Notes under the pieces: generated by a model
Seen by the model: only the letters and a program-made list of their open reading frames with translations
Told to the model about the DNA's origin: nothing
Databases searched by the model: none
Made by a program: the position numbers and the translations under genes
In this document: in pieces, positions 42,029-53,342 of the stretch
How positions within the stretch are numbered: position 1 is the first letter of the stretch
How the letters are laid out: the number at the start of each line of letters is the position of its first letter
Source of the DNA: Trueperaceae bacterium
GTDB lineage: Bacteria > Deinococcota > Deinococci > Deinococcales > Trueperaceae
Length of the DNA stretch: 64,000 nucleotides
NCBI GenBank assembly: GCA_965213705.1
Contig: OZ243913.1
Coordinates: 2,688,001 to 2,752,000, forward strand
Direction of reading: 5' to 3'

Positions 42029-42574
42029 GTGACAAGGCGCGTCTTACCCCTATCACCCACAGAGTTTGTCGCACGTCGGCCTTTGGTAGCGCCGAACGTG
42101 AGCGGTTTCGTCGTGCTCGAGCTACTCGCCACTATTTGTCTGTTGGGGTCGCTGGGCGCCGTAGGCCTGAGCAACCTGCACCGTGACAAACCGCAGGTCG
42201 GCGGCAGCTTACAGTTGCTCGCCGCAGACTTGTTGTGGGCGCGCAGCGAGGCGATTCGCCTCGACACCCCGGTTCGCGTCACGTACAGCGCCACGACCAA
42301 CAGCTACCGGGTCGCTTACGAGGGTGACGACTCGACTTCTTACGTCGCTTTCGAACGCGACTTAAAGCGTGACTTTCCCTTAGCCAGGCTCGTTCCTACC
42401 GCTTCTACAGACGCCGCGACGCAGACCTTCCTTTTCGACGCGCGCGGCGTGCCGCAGGGACTACAAACAGCGGCGAAAGTAGAAATCGCCTCGAGCCTAG
42501 ACCCGACTTTCAAGCGGTGTCTGTTCATCAACCCCAAGGGTTTGATAACCGCGAACGAAACGTGCAGCTTGTAA
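42029..42574 (+). CDS. GspH/FimT-like pseudopilin
   Basis: Class III signal 'G|FVVLELL', 'ARSEAIR', 'FDARG'. Confidence 0.65.
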   Translation: MTRRVLPLSPTEFVARRPLVAPNVSGFVVLELLATICLLGSLGAVGLSNLHRDKPQVGGSLQLLAADLLWARSEAIRLDTPVRVTYSATTNSYRVAYEGDDSTSYVAFERDLKRDFPLARLVPTASTDAATQTFLFDARGVPQGLQTAAKVEIASSLDPTFKRCLFINPKGLITANETCSL

Positions 42575-42614
42575 ACGTGTACCTTGTAAGCGTGTACCTT
42601 ATAAACGTGCATCC
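42559..42614. repeat. 15-bp degenerate tandem repeat at the gene end
   Basis: AACGTGCAGCTTGTA / AACGTGTACCTTGTA / AGCGTGTACCTTATA / AACGTGCATCC. Confidence 0.75.
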
Positions 42615-42637
42615 AACCGGGGCGGGTGCGTGACGAA

Positions 42638-42671
42638 GGGAGGCCGGACGCCTAACGCCGTCCGGCCTCCC
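42638..42671. terminator. Hairpin between convergent genes
   Basis: GGGAGGCCGGACG...CGTCCGGCCTCCC 13-bp stem. Confidence 0.65.
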
Positions 42672-42725
42672 CTGCCCTTTGTCATTCCCGACGCCGTCTG
42701 AACCGCCGGCCCAGCGACCGACGGG

Positions 42726-44888
42726 TCAGCGGATGAACAGCATCTCCTGATAAGTCGGCAGCGACCACAGGTCGTCAGCGACGACGGCCTCGAGCGCGTC
42801 GGCGGCGGCGCGGACGGCCAGCATCGCGGGCAGGACTTCGTCGCGGACGCGCTCCGCTTCGGCCAGGCCCTCACTTTTGTTCTTCTTGAGCGCCTCAAGT
42901 CTGGCGGTGCTGTCTTGAAGGTCTTTGACGAGCGCGGTCACTTTGTCGAGCGTGTCGGTGTCGAACTCGTAGCCGATAGCCTTGAGGTGGGCGCAGGTCT
43001 GCGCGAGTTCGCCCTGGTAGCGCACCGCTGCCGGGAAGATGATGGTTTTCGCCATTTCGACGACCAAGTTCGACTCTAAGTTGACGGTCATGAGGTACTG
43101 CTCGAGCAGCACTTCGTACAGACTTTCCAGTTCATGTTCACTGAGCACGCCGTACGTCTTGAACAGGGTGACCGCTTCGTCGGACGCGAGCGCGGGCAGC
43201 GCGTCGGGCGTCGTTTTGAGGTTCGGCAAACCGCGCCTCGCGGCCTCCTTGTGCCAGGCTTCCGAGTAGCCGTCGCCGTTGAAAATAATGTCGCCGTGCT
43301 CGGTGATGATGTCTTTGAGCAAAGTTTGCACGGCGGCGTTGAAGTCCTCGGCACCTTCCAGTTGGTCGGCGATGTAGTCGAGGGACTCGGCTAGGATGGT
43401 GTTAACGACCGTGACCGGGCGCGAGATGGACTGGCTCGAGCCGACCGCGCGAAACTCGAACTTGTTGCCCGTAAAAGCGAACGGGCTGGTGCGGTTGCGG
43501 TCGCCCGCGTGGCGGGGCAAGGGCGGCAAGGTGTCGACGCCGACGTGAAGCGTTCCTGACGGTTTGGACGTTCTTGCGCCGCCGTTTTGTTTAATCTGCT
43601 CGAACACGTCGGCCAACTGCTCGCCCAAGAAAATCGACATGATGGCGGGCGGCGCTTCGTTGGCGCCCAAGCGGTGGTCGTTGCTCGCCGAGGCGATGGC
43701 CGCGCGCAGCAGCGGCGCGTGGCGGTGGACGGCGCGAATCACGGCCGCACAAAACACCAAGAACTGCGCGTTTTCGTGCGGGGTATCGCCGGGCTCGAGC
43801 AGGTTGCCCTGGGTGGTGTTGCCGAGCGACATGTTGACGTGTTTGCCGTTGCCGTTGATGCCCGCAAACGGTTTTTCGTGGAGCAGACAGGCAAAGCCGT
43901 AGGTCGTCGCCACTTTTTGCAGCACCGTCATGACGACTTGTTGGTGGTCGGCGGCGACGTTGGCGTTTTCGAACACCGGGGCGATTTCGAACTGCGCCGG
44001 AGCGACCTCGTTGTGGCGGGTCTTGACCGGCACGCCGAGCTTGAAAAGTTCACGCTCAAAGGCGTACATGCAGGCCTGAACGCGCTCGTTGATGGCCCCG
44101 AAATAGTGGTCGTCGAACTCTTGGCCTTTGGGCGAAGGTGCGCCGAGCAGGGTTCGGCCCGCCGCCAGCAGGTCGGGGCGCGACAGGAAAAAGTTACGGT
44201 CTATCAAAAAGTATTCCTGTTCGGCTCCGGCCGTCGAACTCACCATGGCAACGTCCACGTGGCCGAACAACCGCAGGACGCGCCGAGCTTGTTTGTCTAA
44301 AGCTTTCATCGAGCGCAGCAGCGGTGTTTTTTGGTCGAGCGCCTCGCCCGTCCAGGACACGAAGGCCGAGGGGATGGTCAAGGTCATGCCGTTCGGGTTT
44401 TCGACCAGGTAAGCGGGACTCGTCACGTCCCAGGCGGTGTACCCACGCGCTTCGTGGGTTTGCCGGATGCCGCCGGTGGGAAAGCTCGAGCCGTCGGGTT
44501 CTTGCTGGATGAGCGTCGCCCCCGAAAACTCCGAGATGACGCCGCCTTCGGCGGTCGGCGAAAAAAAAGAATCGTTTTTCTCAGCGGTGAAGCCGGTCAG
44601 CGGGAAAAAAATGTGCCCGTAGTGCGTGGCCCCCTTTTCGGTCGCCCAAGCCTTCATTGCTGAAGCGATGGCGTCGGCGGTACTGACGTCCAGAGCGCTA
44701 CCCTCTTTGACGGTGCGTTGCAGCGACCTGAAAACGTCGTGGGGCAGCCTCTCTTTCATGACCGTCAGGCTGAAGACGTTGCTGCCGAACAAGCTGCCCG
44801 TCGGCCTGGCTAGGTAGTCGATAGCCTCCGGCAACCGGTAAGAAATAGTATCGCCGACTGACTTGGCACGTACTGCGTTTCCACTCAT
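42726..44888 (-). CDS. Glutamine synthetase type III
   Basis: 720 aa; 'EPDGSSFP', 'EARGYTAWD', 'EQEYFL', 'HNEVAP', '[10 protein letters not shown]', '[17 protein letters not shown]'. Confidence 0.95.
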   Translation of the reverse strand: MSGNAVRAKSVGDTISYRLPEAIDYLARPTGSLFGSNVFSLTVMKERLPHDVFRSLQRTVKEGSALDVSTADAIASAMKAWATEKGATHYGHIFFPLTGFTAEKNDSFFSPTAEGGVISEFSGATLIQQEPDGSSFPTGGIRQTHEARGYTAWDVTSPAYLVENPNGMTLTIPSAFVSWTGEALDQKTPLLRSMKALDKQARRVLRLFGHVDVAMVSSTAGAEQEYFLIDRNFFLSRPDLLAAGRTLLGAPSPKGQEFDDHYFGAINERVQACMYAFERELFKLGVPVKTRHNEVAPAQFEIAPVFENANVAADHQQVVMTVLQKVATTYGFACLLHEKPFAGINGNGKHVNMSLGNTTQGNLLEPGDTPHENAQFLVFCAAVIRAVHRHAPLLRAAIASASNDHRLGANEAPPAIMSIFLGEQLADVFEQIKQNGGARTSKPSGTLHVGVDTLPPLPRHAGDRNRTSPFAFTGNKFEFRAVGSSQSISRPVTVVNTILAESLDYIADQLEGAEDFNAAVQTLLKDIITEHGDIIFNGDGYSEAWHKEAARRGLPNLKTTPDALPALASDEAVTLFKTYGVLSEHELESLYEVLLEQYLMTVNLESNLVVEMAKTIIFPAAVRYQGELAQTCAHLKAIGYEFDTDTLDKVTALVKDLQDSTARLEALKKNKSEGLAEAERVRDEVLPAMLAVRAAADALEAVVADDLWSLPTYQEMLFIR

Positions 44889-45245
44889 GAAAGGTTCCTT
44901 TCGCTAAGAACTTGGTGACGGGTCCGGCCGCTTTGGCGACTCAAACTCGGGGGCGGTTGGCGTTCGACTGAAAAACGACTCGGTAGCGTCTCCGGGGGCG
45001 TACTGAGAAGCCTGGCGCGCGTTCGGGCCGAAACCAAACGCACAAGACGCGGTGCCGCCTGAGACGCCGTTACCCGGTCGCCGACCTGCTTGGAAAAAAG
45101 CGCGTCAGCGCGGACTCGACCTGTCGGCAAAACCTCGAACATACCAAACGACACAGCCTCATACCTGTTTGCCGGCCTTCCCGGACAGCTTTTGCGGTGA
45201 TTTGAGAGTGACCCAAACGTGCGCTCGAGGCCAGACCCGAGTGAA

Positions 45246-45275
45246 AGTATATAAAACCTGTATTCGAAGTGTCAA
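45246..45275 (-). promoter_or_regulatory. Sigma70-type promoter about 350 nt upstream of GSIII
   Basis: TTGACA-N18-TATACT on the minus strand. Confidence 0.55.
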
Positions 45276-45641
45276 ACCCAAAATTGCCTAGTGCCCTTAT
45301 CAGCGGTTACACCACACCGTCATTCTTTTAGGATAGCTGTTTTCAGCGGCAAAATATATGACAAAATGCACAACACAAAGGACACCAAAAGGACCCCGCT
45401 TCGTCCCTCGCTCGAGCGAGTAGGGACAAGGTCTTCGGCACGAGAGGGCTGGCCCTGGGCTAAGAGGCCGGCGGAGACCGTTTTTTAAGAGCGTTTTTAC
45501 TCGGTAGCGAGACGGCCGAACGGGTCGACCACCTCTTGCGTCCGCTTCTCTGAGTCACGGAGGTTTCGACGGCTCTACGGAAACGCTACAAAATGTTCAC
45601 AGGGTTAATGTTATAGGTTGCTGAAGGGGTGCATAAAAAGA

Positions 45642-45668
45642 AAAGAGGACGTTTTGACACGTCCTCTT
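45642..45668 (-). terminator. Terminator after tRNA-Ser(CGA)
   Basis: AAGAGGACGT...ACGTCCTCTT hairpin followed by a T-tract on the minus strand. Confidence 0.7.
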
Positions 45669-45673
45669 CCAAA

Positions 45674-45764
<91 letters not shown>

Positions 45765-46399
45765 AGGCTTGCAAAGTATAACGCATCTTCTCGCCTGTGC
45801 AAAGGGCGGACAAACGGTTGCCGCGGCACGCCCGTGTTTGCGAACCCCCAGGACCGGTGTCTTCGTTTCGTAATACGAACCGTGGCAACCGTACGCCGCA
45901 GTGCCCGCGAGTTGAAAAATGCACAAAGCCGGGTCGCCGACACGAAAAGCGCTGGCGTCGCAGGTTGCAACCGCCTCCACAGCGCCGACCCTCGGCGCAA
46001 AACACCTCGCGCCGAACGAGTGAAACAAGCGTGGGGCGAACCCAAAAAAGGGTCGTCGCCCCGACCGAGCTTAAGCTTGGGTTCATGTAAACAAATTTTG
46101 GTCAGTTGTGTAAGAAGTTTGTCATAGCTACCCTTTATGATAAGGGTGGATCGAAAGATCCATCTCCTCTCTCGGTCCCTCGCATCCCACCACCAGGCGA
46201 GGGACCCTTTTTTTGCAGTGCTACGCCCCTTACAGCGAAGGGTTCACCCTACATCGTTCTGTCGCCGTATTCTTCTGCCGCGCCAAGACGGGCGCGTTTG
46301 CTACCCCAAACTTTGTTACCCCGTACCAAGCTAGGCAAAACGCGGGGTTGCCGGGTGCCGTTCAGAGCGTTCCGACCAGGGCGGCTTCGCCGGTTTAGA

Positions 46400-46873
46400 A
46401 TGACCGGTATGGTGACGCCAATCGCGCTGCAGTGGCTGCCGGTCGGTATCGGACTCACGGTCGCGCTGCTGGGTTTGGTGGGTTTGGGTGTGGCCGCGCT
46501 GCCCGGCTGGCGCGACCGGCGCAGCTCGTTGATTGTGGACAGCACGCTCTACCTGGCGACCGGGCTTTTGTTGCTGCTCCCCATTTTCGCGTTCGGGGGT
46601 GAGCGGGTCAACGACCCGGACCCCGTCAACGCGGACCTCGTCGGGGTGGGGTTGACAAGCGACCCCACCGGCGCGGAGGTGTACCTGGACGGCGTTTTTG
46701 TCGGTCACACCCCGCTCGTTTTTCTGCGCCCACAGGGTGCGCTCGTACGTTACCAGGTGCAGGCGGGGGAAACTGCACCGGGAGGGTTCGTTTACAACGC
46801 TTACGAAGGTCGGCTGACGGTCGAGGAGGCGGTTACCGTGAGCGTGTGGCTGGACCGTGAACCCCTCCCCTGA
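46400..46873 (+). CDS. Membrane protein with PEGA domain
   Basis: Two TM helices plus 'TSDPTGAEVYLDG..VG.TP'. Confidence 0.7.
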   Translation: MTGMVTPIALQWLPVGIGLTVALLGLVGLGVAALPGWRDRRSSLIVDSTLYLATGLLLLLPIFAFGGERVNDPDPVNADLVGVGLTSDPTGAEVYLDGVFVGHTPLVFLRPQGALVRYQVQAGETAPGGFVYNAYEGRLTVEEAVTVSVWLDREPLP

Positions 46874-46977
46874 CAAACATCCTGAGCCCCGAGCGCCCTT
46901 AGCCCAAGGTGCGGCGCTGTACGCGACATCGCCGGGACAGATGTCTTTGGCGACCCCGGTATCGCCTACAATAGCTC

Positions 46978-47790
46978 ATGACCCGGACCTCCAACAAAAC
47001 CGTCGTCGCCGTGCTGCTGTACCTGGCTCTAGCCCTGGCTACCCAGACTTTTTTTCAACAGTACGGCGCCCGTTACTTAGACAGCGCACTTCTCAAAGCG
47101 ACCGCCTCGTTTGCGCTGGCGCGCGGTTTGAACGGCGTCATTACCGTGGTGCAAGAAAGCAGCGTGTCGGCGGGCGTGATAGTGGAGGGCAGCGTCGCGG
47201 TCGGGCAAATCTTAGACCCCGTCAACGACCTCGTCGAGGGCTTTTCGTGGATTATGCTCGCCAGCATCATTTCGCTAGGTGTCCAGAAACTGCTGCTGGT
47301 CGTCGGGGCGCAAGCGGGCTTCGTCCTGTTCGGGGCGGCGCTGGCAGCGCTGCTGGTCCACTGGGCCGTCAACCGGCGCGTGGTGGACGGAACGGTTTTG
47401 AGCTACCGCCTGCTCGTACTCGCCATCGTCGTGCAGTCGGCGGTGCCCCTGACAAGCAGCGTCGGCGCGGCGGTCTCGAGCAGCTTTTTGGCGCAGCGCT
47501 ACCAAGAGGCGGAAAGCGCCATCACCGCGGTTCAGCAGGACTTGCAGAGCGAATTCGGTTTGACCGACACGCCGCGCCGCCTGTTTGAACGCTTGGACCC
47601 GCGCAACCTCGTTCAGACGGTGACGCAAAAAGCCGCCGAGGTGACGGGTCACGTCGTCGACCTCATGATTATCTTTGTGTTCGAGACGGTGGTGATGCCG
47701 CTGCTGACGCTGCTCGTGGTGCTGCTCGTCTTGGGCGCTTTGCTGCGGACGGGCAGCGAGCCTGCGCCGGCGGCCTTACCGGCTGCGTGA
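46978..47790 (+). CDS. Conserved membrane protein
   Basis: TM helices; 'FALARGLNGVI..VQ', 'GQILDPVNDLVE.FS'. Confidence 0.7.
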   Translation: MTRTSNKTVVAVLLYLALALATQTFFQQYGARYLDSALLKATASFALARGLNGVITVVQESSVSAGVIVEGSVAVGQILDPVNDLVEGFSWIMLASIISLGVQKLLLVVGAQAGFVLFGAALAALLVHWAVNRRVVDGTVLSYRLLVLAIVVQSAVPLTSSVGAAVSSSFLAQRYQEAESAITAVQQDLQSEFGLTDTPRRLFERLDPRNLVQTVTQKAAEVTGHVVDLMIIFVFETVVMPLLTLLVVLLVLGALLRTGSEPAPAALPAA

Positions 47791-47838
47791 GCGAGGGCGT
47801 AGGTACGGAAACTGTGTCCGATGGTCGCTTCGGCTGTT

Positions 47839-48261
47839 CTAACTTACAAACCGTATCGTCAGGGGATAGCGGTACTTTTTACCCTCACTCGCACGCACGG
47901 CTGCGACGACGCTGAAAACGATATGAGCGACAAACAAAACCGGAAAGGCTAGCAGGCCGACCAGAAAAAACAGCAGTACGAACGCGACGACGGTGTAAAG
48001 GGTCAGCGACAGCTGAAAGTTGAGCGCTTCTTTTGCCTGGTCGGCGACAAACGCCGACTCGTCCTTTTTCAGCAGCCACACTAGAAGCGGGCCGACGACG
48101 TTGCCGAAAGGAAGTCCGGTGTAAAGTGCCAAACCGGACAGGTGGGCCACCATCGCCCAGTTGCGTTCACGGCCCTCGAGCCCGTCCGAAAGTGTCACGC
48201 CGGGTTTGGGGGTGGCAGTCGGGGTGGAGGTCGCCGGGGTAGAAGCCAAAGTGTCTTTCAT
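47839..48261 (-). CDS. DUF4870-like membrane protein
   Basis: 'AMVAHLS', 'KEALNFQ', 'YRYPLTIRF'. Confidence 0.82.
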   Translation of the reverse strand: MKDTLASTPATSTPTATPKPGVTLSDGLEGRERNWAMVAHLSGLALYTGLPFGNVVGPLLVWLLKKDESAFVADQAKEALNFQLSLTLYTVVAFVLLFFLVGLLAFPVLFVAHIVFSVVAAVRASEGKKYRYPLTIRFVS

Positions 48262-48467
48262 AGCGCTCAGCTTAGCGGGTCGACCGGTCGGCTTCGTCCT
48301 TCATAAGTAGGATTTTGGCAAAGGCGACCGTTTAGTGATTGACGGCCAAAGCTCGGGCGATTCGCCTTCCAAAACTCGCTTCTCGACCCTTACCTCAAAC
48401 GTGCCGCGCGTTTTGTACACCTGAAAGCGAGCAAAGCTAGAGCCTCACCCACAGCATTCGACCAAAA

Positions 48468-48893
48468 TTACCGCACCTGTGCGTTCAGGGCGCGCTCGAG
48501 CAGTCGCACGTTGCGAACGTTGGCCTTCCAAACGGCGTCGAACAGGTCGCCAATCAGGGGAATAGCGCCGATGATGACTTCCAACGCGACGTTGTAAACC
48601 ATCCGCGCCAGCACGCTTTTAGGTGCGCCGAGCCGCGCCGCCTCGAACACGATGTACCCTGAAAACAGCATTCCGACCGCGTCGCCCAAACCCGGCACCA
48701 GTCCGATAATCGCGTCCCAGCCGACCCGGTAGCCGAGAACTGGAATGCGAAAAGCGCTGTCGAGCAGGTAACTCAGGTGGCGCAGCCGCTCCATAGTCTC
48801 GTCGACCTCTTGTTGAGCAAGGCGGTTTTGAGGCTGGCGGGTGCGCGCCAAAACGTTGCTGTCCGTTGATTCCATGTTGCCCTCCATTAGCAT
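48468..48893 (-). CDS. DUF4112-like protein
   Basis: 'LLDSAFRIP', 'GLVPGLGD', 'GDLFDAVWKAN.RN'. Confidence 0.82.
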   Translation of the reverse strand: MLMEGNMESTDSNVLARTRQPQNRLAQQEVDETMERLRHLSYLLDSAFRIPVLGYRVGWDAIIGLVPGLGDAVGMLFSGYIVFEAARLGAPKSVLARMVYNVALEVIIGAIPLIGDLFDAVWKANVRNVRLLERALNAQVR

Positions 48894-49118
48894 AGCGTAG
48901 TGGCTCGCCGCGCGGCGCGAAAGTCGTTACACGACACTTTGGAGTTTTTTGTTTGCGTCGTTCGCAACTTGGTGGCTCCCTGGCGTTTAACACTGACGAA
49001 AATGTGCTCTCCCGCCTCTCAACAAGTGGGTGCAACCCCGCCTTAAAACGCTGGACCGCGCTCGCTGCCACCCGAAATTTGGGCTCACCTCGAGCCCATT
49101 CACGAGTGACGAACACCT

Positions 49119-49592
49119 CTAAACAAACCTCACGTCCCGCCCGTCCCAGCCGCCGTAGGTATAAAACTTGCCCGGCTGCCGTTCGCGCAGGTAGTGGACG
49201 AGCGGCTCGCGCAGCGGGGCGATGGGGATGATGCGTTCGGCCTCGTCGGCGGGCACGAACCTCGCCTCGACAATGAAGCCGTCGGGGTCGCGGGGATTCA
49301 AAAGCCCATCGTACTCCGCTAAAAACACGAACGAAACCGCCCGGTCGTTGCGGCGCACGTCCTCGACATGGACCGCGTAGGCTAAGTGGTGCACCCTGGT
49401 GATGACGAGGCCGGTTTCCTCCTTGATTTCCCGAGACAACGCCGCCAGGGTGCCTTCACCCCGTTCGACGACGCCCCCCGGCAGCGTGTAGCGCACGTTT
49501 CCAAAACCTTGCCAGTCGTTACCTACCAGGAGAACTCGGCCCATGCGGTCGAGTAAAATTGCGGCGGCAACGACAAACTCACGCCGAGCCAC
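49119..49592 (-). CDS. NUDIX hydrolase
   Basis: 'PGGVVERGE...REIKEETG' Nudix box. Confidence 0.88.
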   Translation of the reverse strand: MARREFVVAAAILLDRMGRVLLVGNDWQGFGNVRYTLPGGVVERGEGTLAALSREIKEETGLVITRVHHLAYAVHVEDVRRNDRAVSFVFLAEYDGLLNPRDPDGFIVEARFVPADEAERIIPIAPLREPLVHYLRERQPGKFYTYGGWDGRDVRFV

Positions 49593-50661
49593 CCTGACCC
49601 ATCTCTTCCAAGCGCTTCACCTGGTCGGCTTCGGCGAGGGCGAGGGTGAGTTCGTCGACGCCGCCCAACATCACGTCGGTGAGGTTGTGGGTGGTGTAGC
49701 CGATGCGGTGGTCGGTCACGCGCGACTGCGGAAAGTTGTAGGTGCGGATTTTCTCCGAGCGCTCGCCCGAGCCGATTTGTACCAGTCGCGCCTCACGCGC
49801 CTCGGCTTGGGCTTTTTCCATCTCGCGCTCTAAGAGGCGTGCCCGCAACACGGTCAAGGCCTTTTCACGGTTTTTGATTTGCGACTTGCCGTCCTGACAG
49901 GTCACCACGATTTCTTCACTCGTGCCCGGTTTGTAGGTGATGCGCACCGCCGAGTCGGTGGTGTTGACCGACTGCCCGCCGGGACCCGACGAGCGGTACA
50001 CGTCCACGCGGTAGTCGTTGGGGCTCAAATTCACGTCGATGTCTTCGGCTTCGGGCATCACCGCCACCGTGACGGTGCTCGTGTGGATGCGGCCTTGGGT
50101 CTCGGTTTCGGGGACGCGCTGGACGCGGTGGACGCCCGACTCGTACTTGAACTTGCTGTACGCGCCGCGCCCGGTGATTTCGAACGAGACCTTGCTGAAA
50201 CCGCCCACCTCGGTCGGGTAAGAATCCAGAATCTCCGGCTTGAAGCCGAGCGTTTCGGCGTAACGGAGGTACATGTTCAGCACCTCGCCCGCGAACAGGC
50301 TCGCCTCGCCCCCGCCCGCCGCCGCGCGAATCTCGATGATGACGTTTTTGTCGTCGAAGGGGTCTTTGGGCAGCAGCAAGCGCTCCAATTCGCTCGTCAG
50401 GGCTTCTCGTTGGGGCTCGAGTTCCGTCAACTCGTCCTTTGCCATCTCCGCCAAGTCGGGGTCGTCTAAAAGTTCGCGCGCCCCAGCGAGCCGCGCACCC
50501 ACCTCTTTGTACTCCCGGTAGACCTTGACGACGCTGCCGAGTTCGCTATAGCGCTGCATCGCCTCGCGGTAGCGCGCCTGGTCGGCCAACACCTCGGGGT
50601 CGGCCAAACTGCGCTCCAACTCGGTAAACTCTTGTTCTAACCTTGCCAGCTTTTCATCCAT
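49579..50661 (-). CDS. prfA: Peptide chain release factor 1
   Basis: 'VPETE' (PxT), 'GGQSVN', 'RSEKIRTYN'. Confidence 0.96.
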   Translation of the reverse strand: MDEKLARLEQEFTELERSLADPEVLADQARYREAMQRYSELGSVVKVYREYKEVGARLAGARELLDDPDLAEMAKDELTELEPQREALTSELERLLLPKDPFDDKNVIIEIRAAAGGGEASLFAGEVLNMYLRYAETLGFKPEILDSYPTEVGGFSKVSFEITGRGAYSKFKYESGVHRVQRVPETETQGRIHTSTVTVAVMPEAEDIDVNLSPNDYRVDVYRSSGPGGQSVNTTDSAVRITYKPGTSEEIVVTCQDGKSQIKNREKALTVLRARLLEREMEKAQAEAREARLVQIGSGERSEKIRTYNFPQSRVTDHRIGYTTHNLTDVMLGGVDELTLALAEADQVKRLEEMGQGGSA

Positions 50662-50946
50662 AATGGGCCAGTGTACCGCGCCGGGACAAGCAGGACGGTG
50701 AGGATTACGGCTTGGACAGTCATTCGCAGCGAGCTTGTCAAAACTTCATCAACAAGGGGCTGGGGGATTTACCTTATAAGAACACTGAAGAGGGCGTCAC
50801 AGAAGCAAACCTCCCCTGACCCCTCCTGTTAGGAGGGGGATGAGACGTTTAACTTACGCTTCCTGCACATGTTGTCTGCCTTCCTTTCGAAGTGTTGACA
50901 GCTCAGGGCCGGACGTTGTCGGGGTAATGTCGTCAGGGCAACGACG

Positions 50947-52086
50947 TTAGGGCAGCGCGAGCCCAGTCGGCGTCAGCCGCGCCAGAACAAGCGAACTCGG
51001 CACCACACCGACGTGGTCGTTTTCCTCGTAGTCGAACACGGCGGTCGCGCCCGTGACCGGTCCCATGCCGACAAAAGCGTCGCGCAGCACGCCGCGCAGG
51101 GCCGTCACGCCATCCAGCGGGACACCGTAGGTGTAAGCGGCTTCATAAGCGGCCTCGAGCAACTCAAGTGCGTCGTAAGCGAACGCGCCCGCGCTCGGTA
51201 TGCGCCCGGCCGGGTAAACAGCGGCCAGGTCACGCCGGTAGGTTTGCAAGCTGCTATAGCTCGGCTGCGTCGGCGGCACAACGGTCAGTTCGGCGGGACT
51301 CACCGGAAACAAGCCGCCGTTAAAACTCGCCGGGCTGACGCGGGACTCGGGCTCGAGCAGCGCCGGGTTCAAGACCACGTCTTTTTCATACCCGCGCACC
51401 CGCAGGCCTGCGTAGGCCAGCGCCGAGTCCTGCGCCAAACCCCAGACGAACACGGTGTCCGGCACGCGCGTCGCGACCCACAGCGCCTCGGGCGTCAACA
51501 CGGTCGCGGCGGGCGAGTACCGCTGCTCGACGACGAGGCTCGTGTTCGCGCCGGGGTCGAACAGACGGGCCAAACTTGCGGCGACCACGTCCCCATAACC
51601 GTTGTCGAGCGTCATGAGTCCGAAGCGCGCGTGGCCCGCTGCGGCCTGCTTCAGGACGGCGCTCTGCAACAACCGCTCGTCGTCCGGCACGACGGTAAAC
51701 AGCCAAAACCCCGGCTCCGGCGGCAACCCGCTCAGCGCCAGCGTGAGCACGCCGGAAGCCTCGACAAAAGGCGCAACGGCCCGCGTCGCGGCGGCGGTCG
51801 TGCAGCAAACGAGCGCGTGGACCTCACCGTTTTCGACTAGGTCGCGCACCTGGCGCAGCGCGGTCGCCGGGTCGCTGGCGTCGTCGCGGACAATGACCTC
51901 TATGTTTTGCGAAAACGTCCCCAAGCGGCGCAGCCGCGTCCCCAGCGCAGTCACTGTGTTGGCCTGCGCCGTCCCGTCCAGCCGCGCGCCCCCCGTCTGC
52001 GACACGACCACCCCGACGCGAAACGGTTGCGCGGGTTGAGCGAAGGCGAAGCTCGAGAAAACCACAAGTAAAAACAGTCGAATCAT
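50947..52086 (-). CDS. Branched-chain amino acid-type ABC substrate-binding protein
   Basis: Signal peptide; 'RDDASDP', 'DNGYG', 'AYDA' periplasmic binding fold pattern. Confidence 0.75.
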   Translation of the reverse strand: MIRLFLLVVFSSFAFAQPAQPFRVGVVVSQTGGARLDGTAQANTVTALGTRLRRLGTFSQNIEVIVRDDASDPATALRQVRDLVENGEVHALVCCTTAAATRAVAPFVEASGVLTLALSGLPPEPGFWLFTVVPDDERLLQSAVLKQAAAGHARFGLMTLDNGYGDVVAASLARLFDPGANTSLVVEQRYSPAATVLTPEALWVATRVPDTVFVWGLAQDSALAYAGLRVRGYEKDVVLNPALLEPESRVSPASFNGGLFPVSPAELTVVPPTQPSYSSLQTYRRDLAAVYPAGRIPSAGAFAYDALELLEAAYEAAYTYGVPLDGVTALRGVLRDAFVGMGPVTGATAVFDYEENDHVGVVPSSLVLARLTPTGLALP

Positions 52087-52200
52087 GCGTTAAGTTTTAC
52101 CAGGGCCGCGCGGCCCCCCGGTGAGAAAGAGTTTACGCCGCAGCGAGCTTCTGCAACACCCTTCACCATGTCACCGCCCACCACAGGTCATACTGAAGCG

Positions 52201-52929
52201 GTGAAACGCTTTAAGCGAACGGTCGGCTGGCTGGTCTTGGTGCTGGGGGTCGTGACGGCGCTCAGTCAAACTTCGGCTTTACAACCTTCAGCCCCGCAAA
52301 ATTTAGTTCCGCAGGATTTGGTCCCGCAGTCGCCGGAAGCTTGGGCCTACGTCGTCGCCGCCGGAAAAACTAAAATCGGCAGCGTCTACACCGTGACCGC
52401 CGACGGCCTGGTGTGCAGCTACCGCCAAGAAAAAGAGGTGCGCGCGAGCATCGAAGCGCTGGCCGCAACCGAGCAGGTTCACCCGGCCTCGGTCGCCGAG
52501 GAACTGACCGCTTACCTGTGGGGCGACTGGACGCTTCTTTATACCGACGGCCCTCCCCTGCGCGCAGCCTTGGACGGGGGCCGGGACACGCTCGAGGTTT
52601 ACCTAGAAACGTTTTACCAGGCTCACCACGTCTGCTTGTTGGGCATCCTCAACACCCTCGTAGACGGCTACGAGGGCGACTACGTGCAGACCGACGAAGG
52701 TTTCGTCTACAGCAAAAGGGGCGGCGGGGCGCGCTACAGGCTGCTCGCCCTCGAGCCCAAGTATTTTCCCGGTACCGGTTTTTTAGAACCTGTGGGCGTC
52801 GTCAAGGCCGTGCGCAACGCCGGTTTGTTGCGCGTCGACACGGTTCGCGCCAGGGTGCTGGACGCGGTTGCGGCGTCCGTCGAGCGCCGCTCGGCCGAGG
52901 GCGGCGACCCCCTCAAAGTAGACCGCTGA
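52201..52929 (+). CDS. Hypothetical secreted protein
   Basis: Signal peptide-like N-terminus and host-like codon usage. Confidence 0.55.
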   Translation: MKRFKRTVGWLVLVLGVVTALSQTSALQPSAPQNLVPQDLVPQSPEAWAYVVAAGKTKIGSVYTVTADGLVCSYRQEKEVRASIEALAATEQVHPASVAEELTAYLWGDWTLLYTDGPPLRAALDGGRDTLEVYLETFYQAHHVCLLGILNTLVDGYEGDYVQTDEGFVYSKRGGGARYRLLALEPKYFPGTGFLEPVGVVKAVRNAGLLRVDTVRARVLDAVAASVERRSAEGGDPLKVDR

Positions 52930-53342
52930 GGCTCCCGCAGCGGTCACAACCTCGTGTGAAATACGTCACAGCCGCGGTTTCACGAATCCAAACCCACGGC
53001 TCGGGTGTATCTCTGTTTGTAACCCGACGTGGTCACGCCTACACGGTTACACCTACGTGGTTACATCTCCCCTCTTCCCAAGACCCCGCAACGCTCTCCC
53101 ACGGTGCGGGGTCAACTTATTTGAGGTTTTCGCAGGCTCGAGCTTAGTGATTTTCGGTGCTGAAATTGGGGACAGTCCTCATTCGGCGGGGTAAACTTGG
53201 AGTTTAGAGAAAGGGCGCGCGTGACAGTCCACCCACAGACCGACCTGAATTCGAGCGAAGTAGGCGAAACGCCGCGCCACGTCGCCTACGACCCGAACGC
53301 CGCGCGAGAGCGCCCCCAGACAGACCCGTGTGTCGGGACAAA

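Noticed and set aside
50808..50840. CCTCCCCTGACCCCTCC...GGAGGGG REP-like hairpin
   Set aside because: Single copy in the window, so it cannot be supported as a repeat family.
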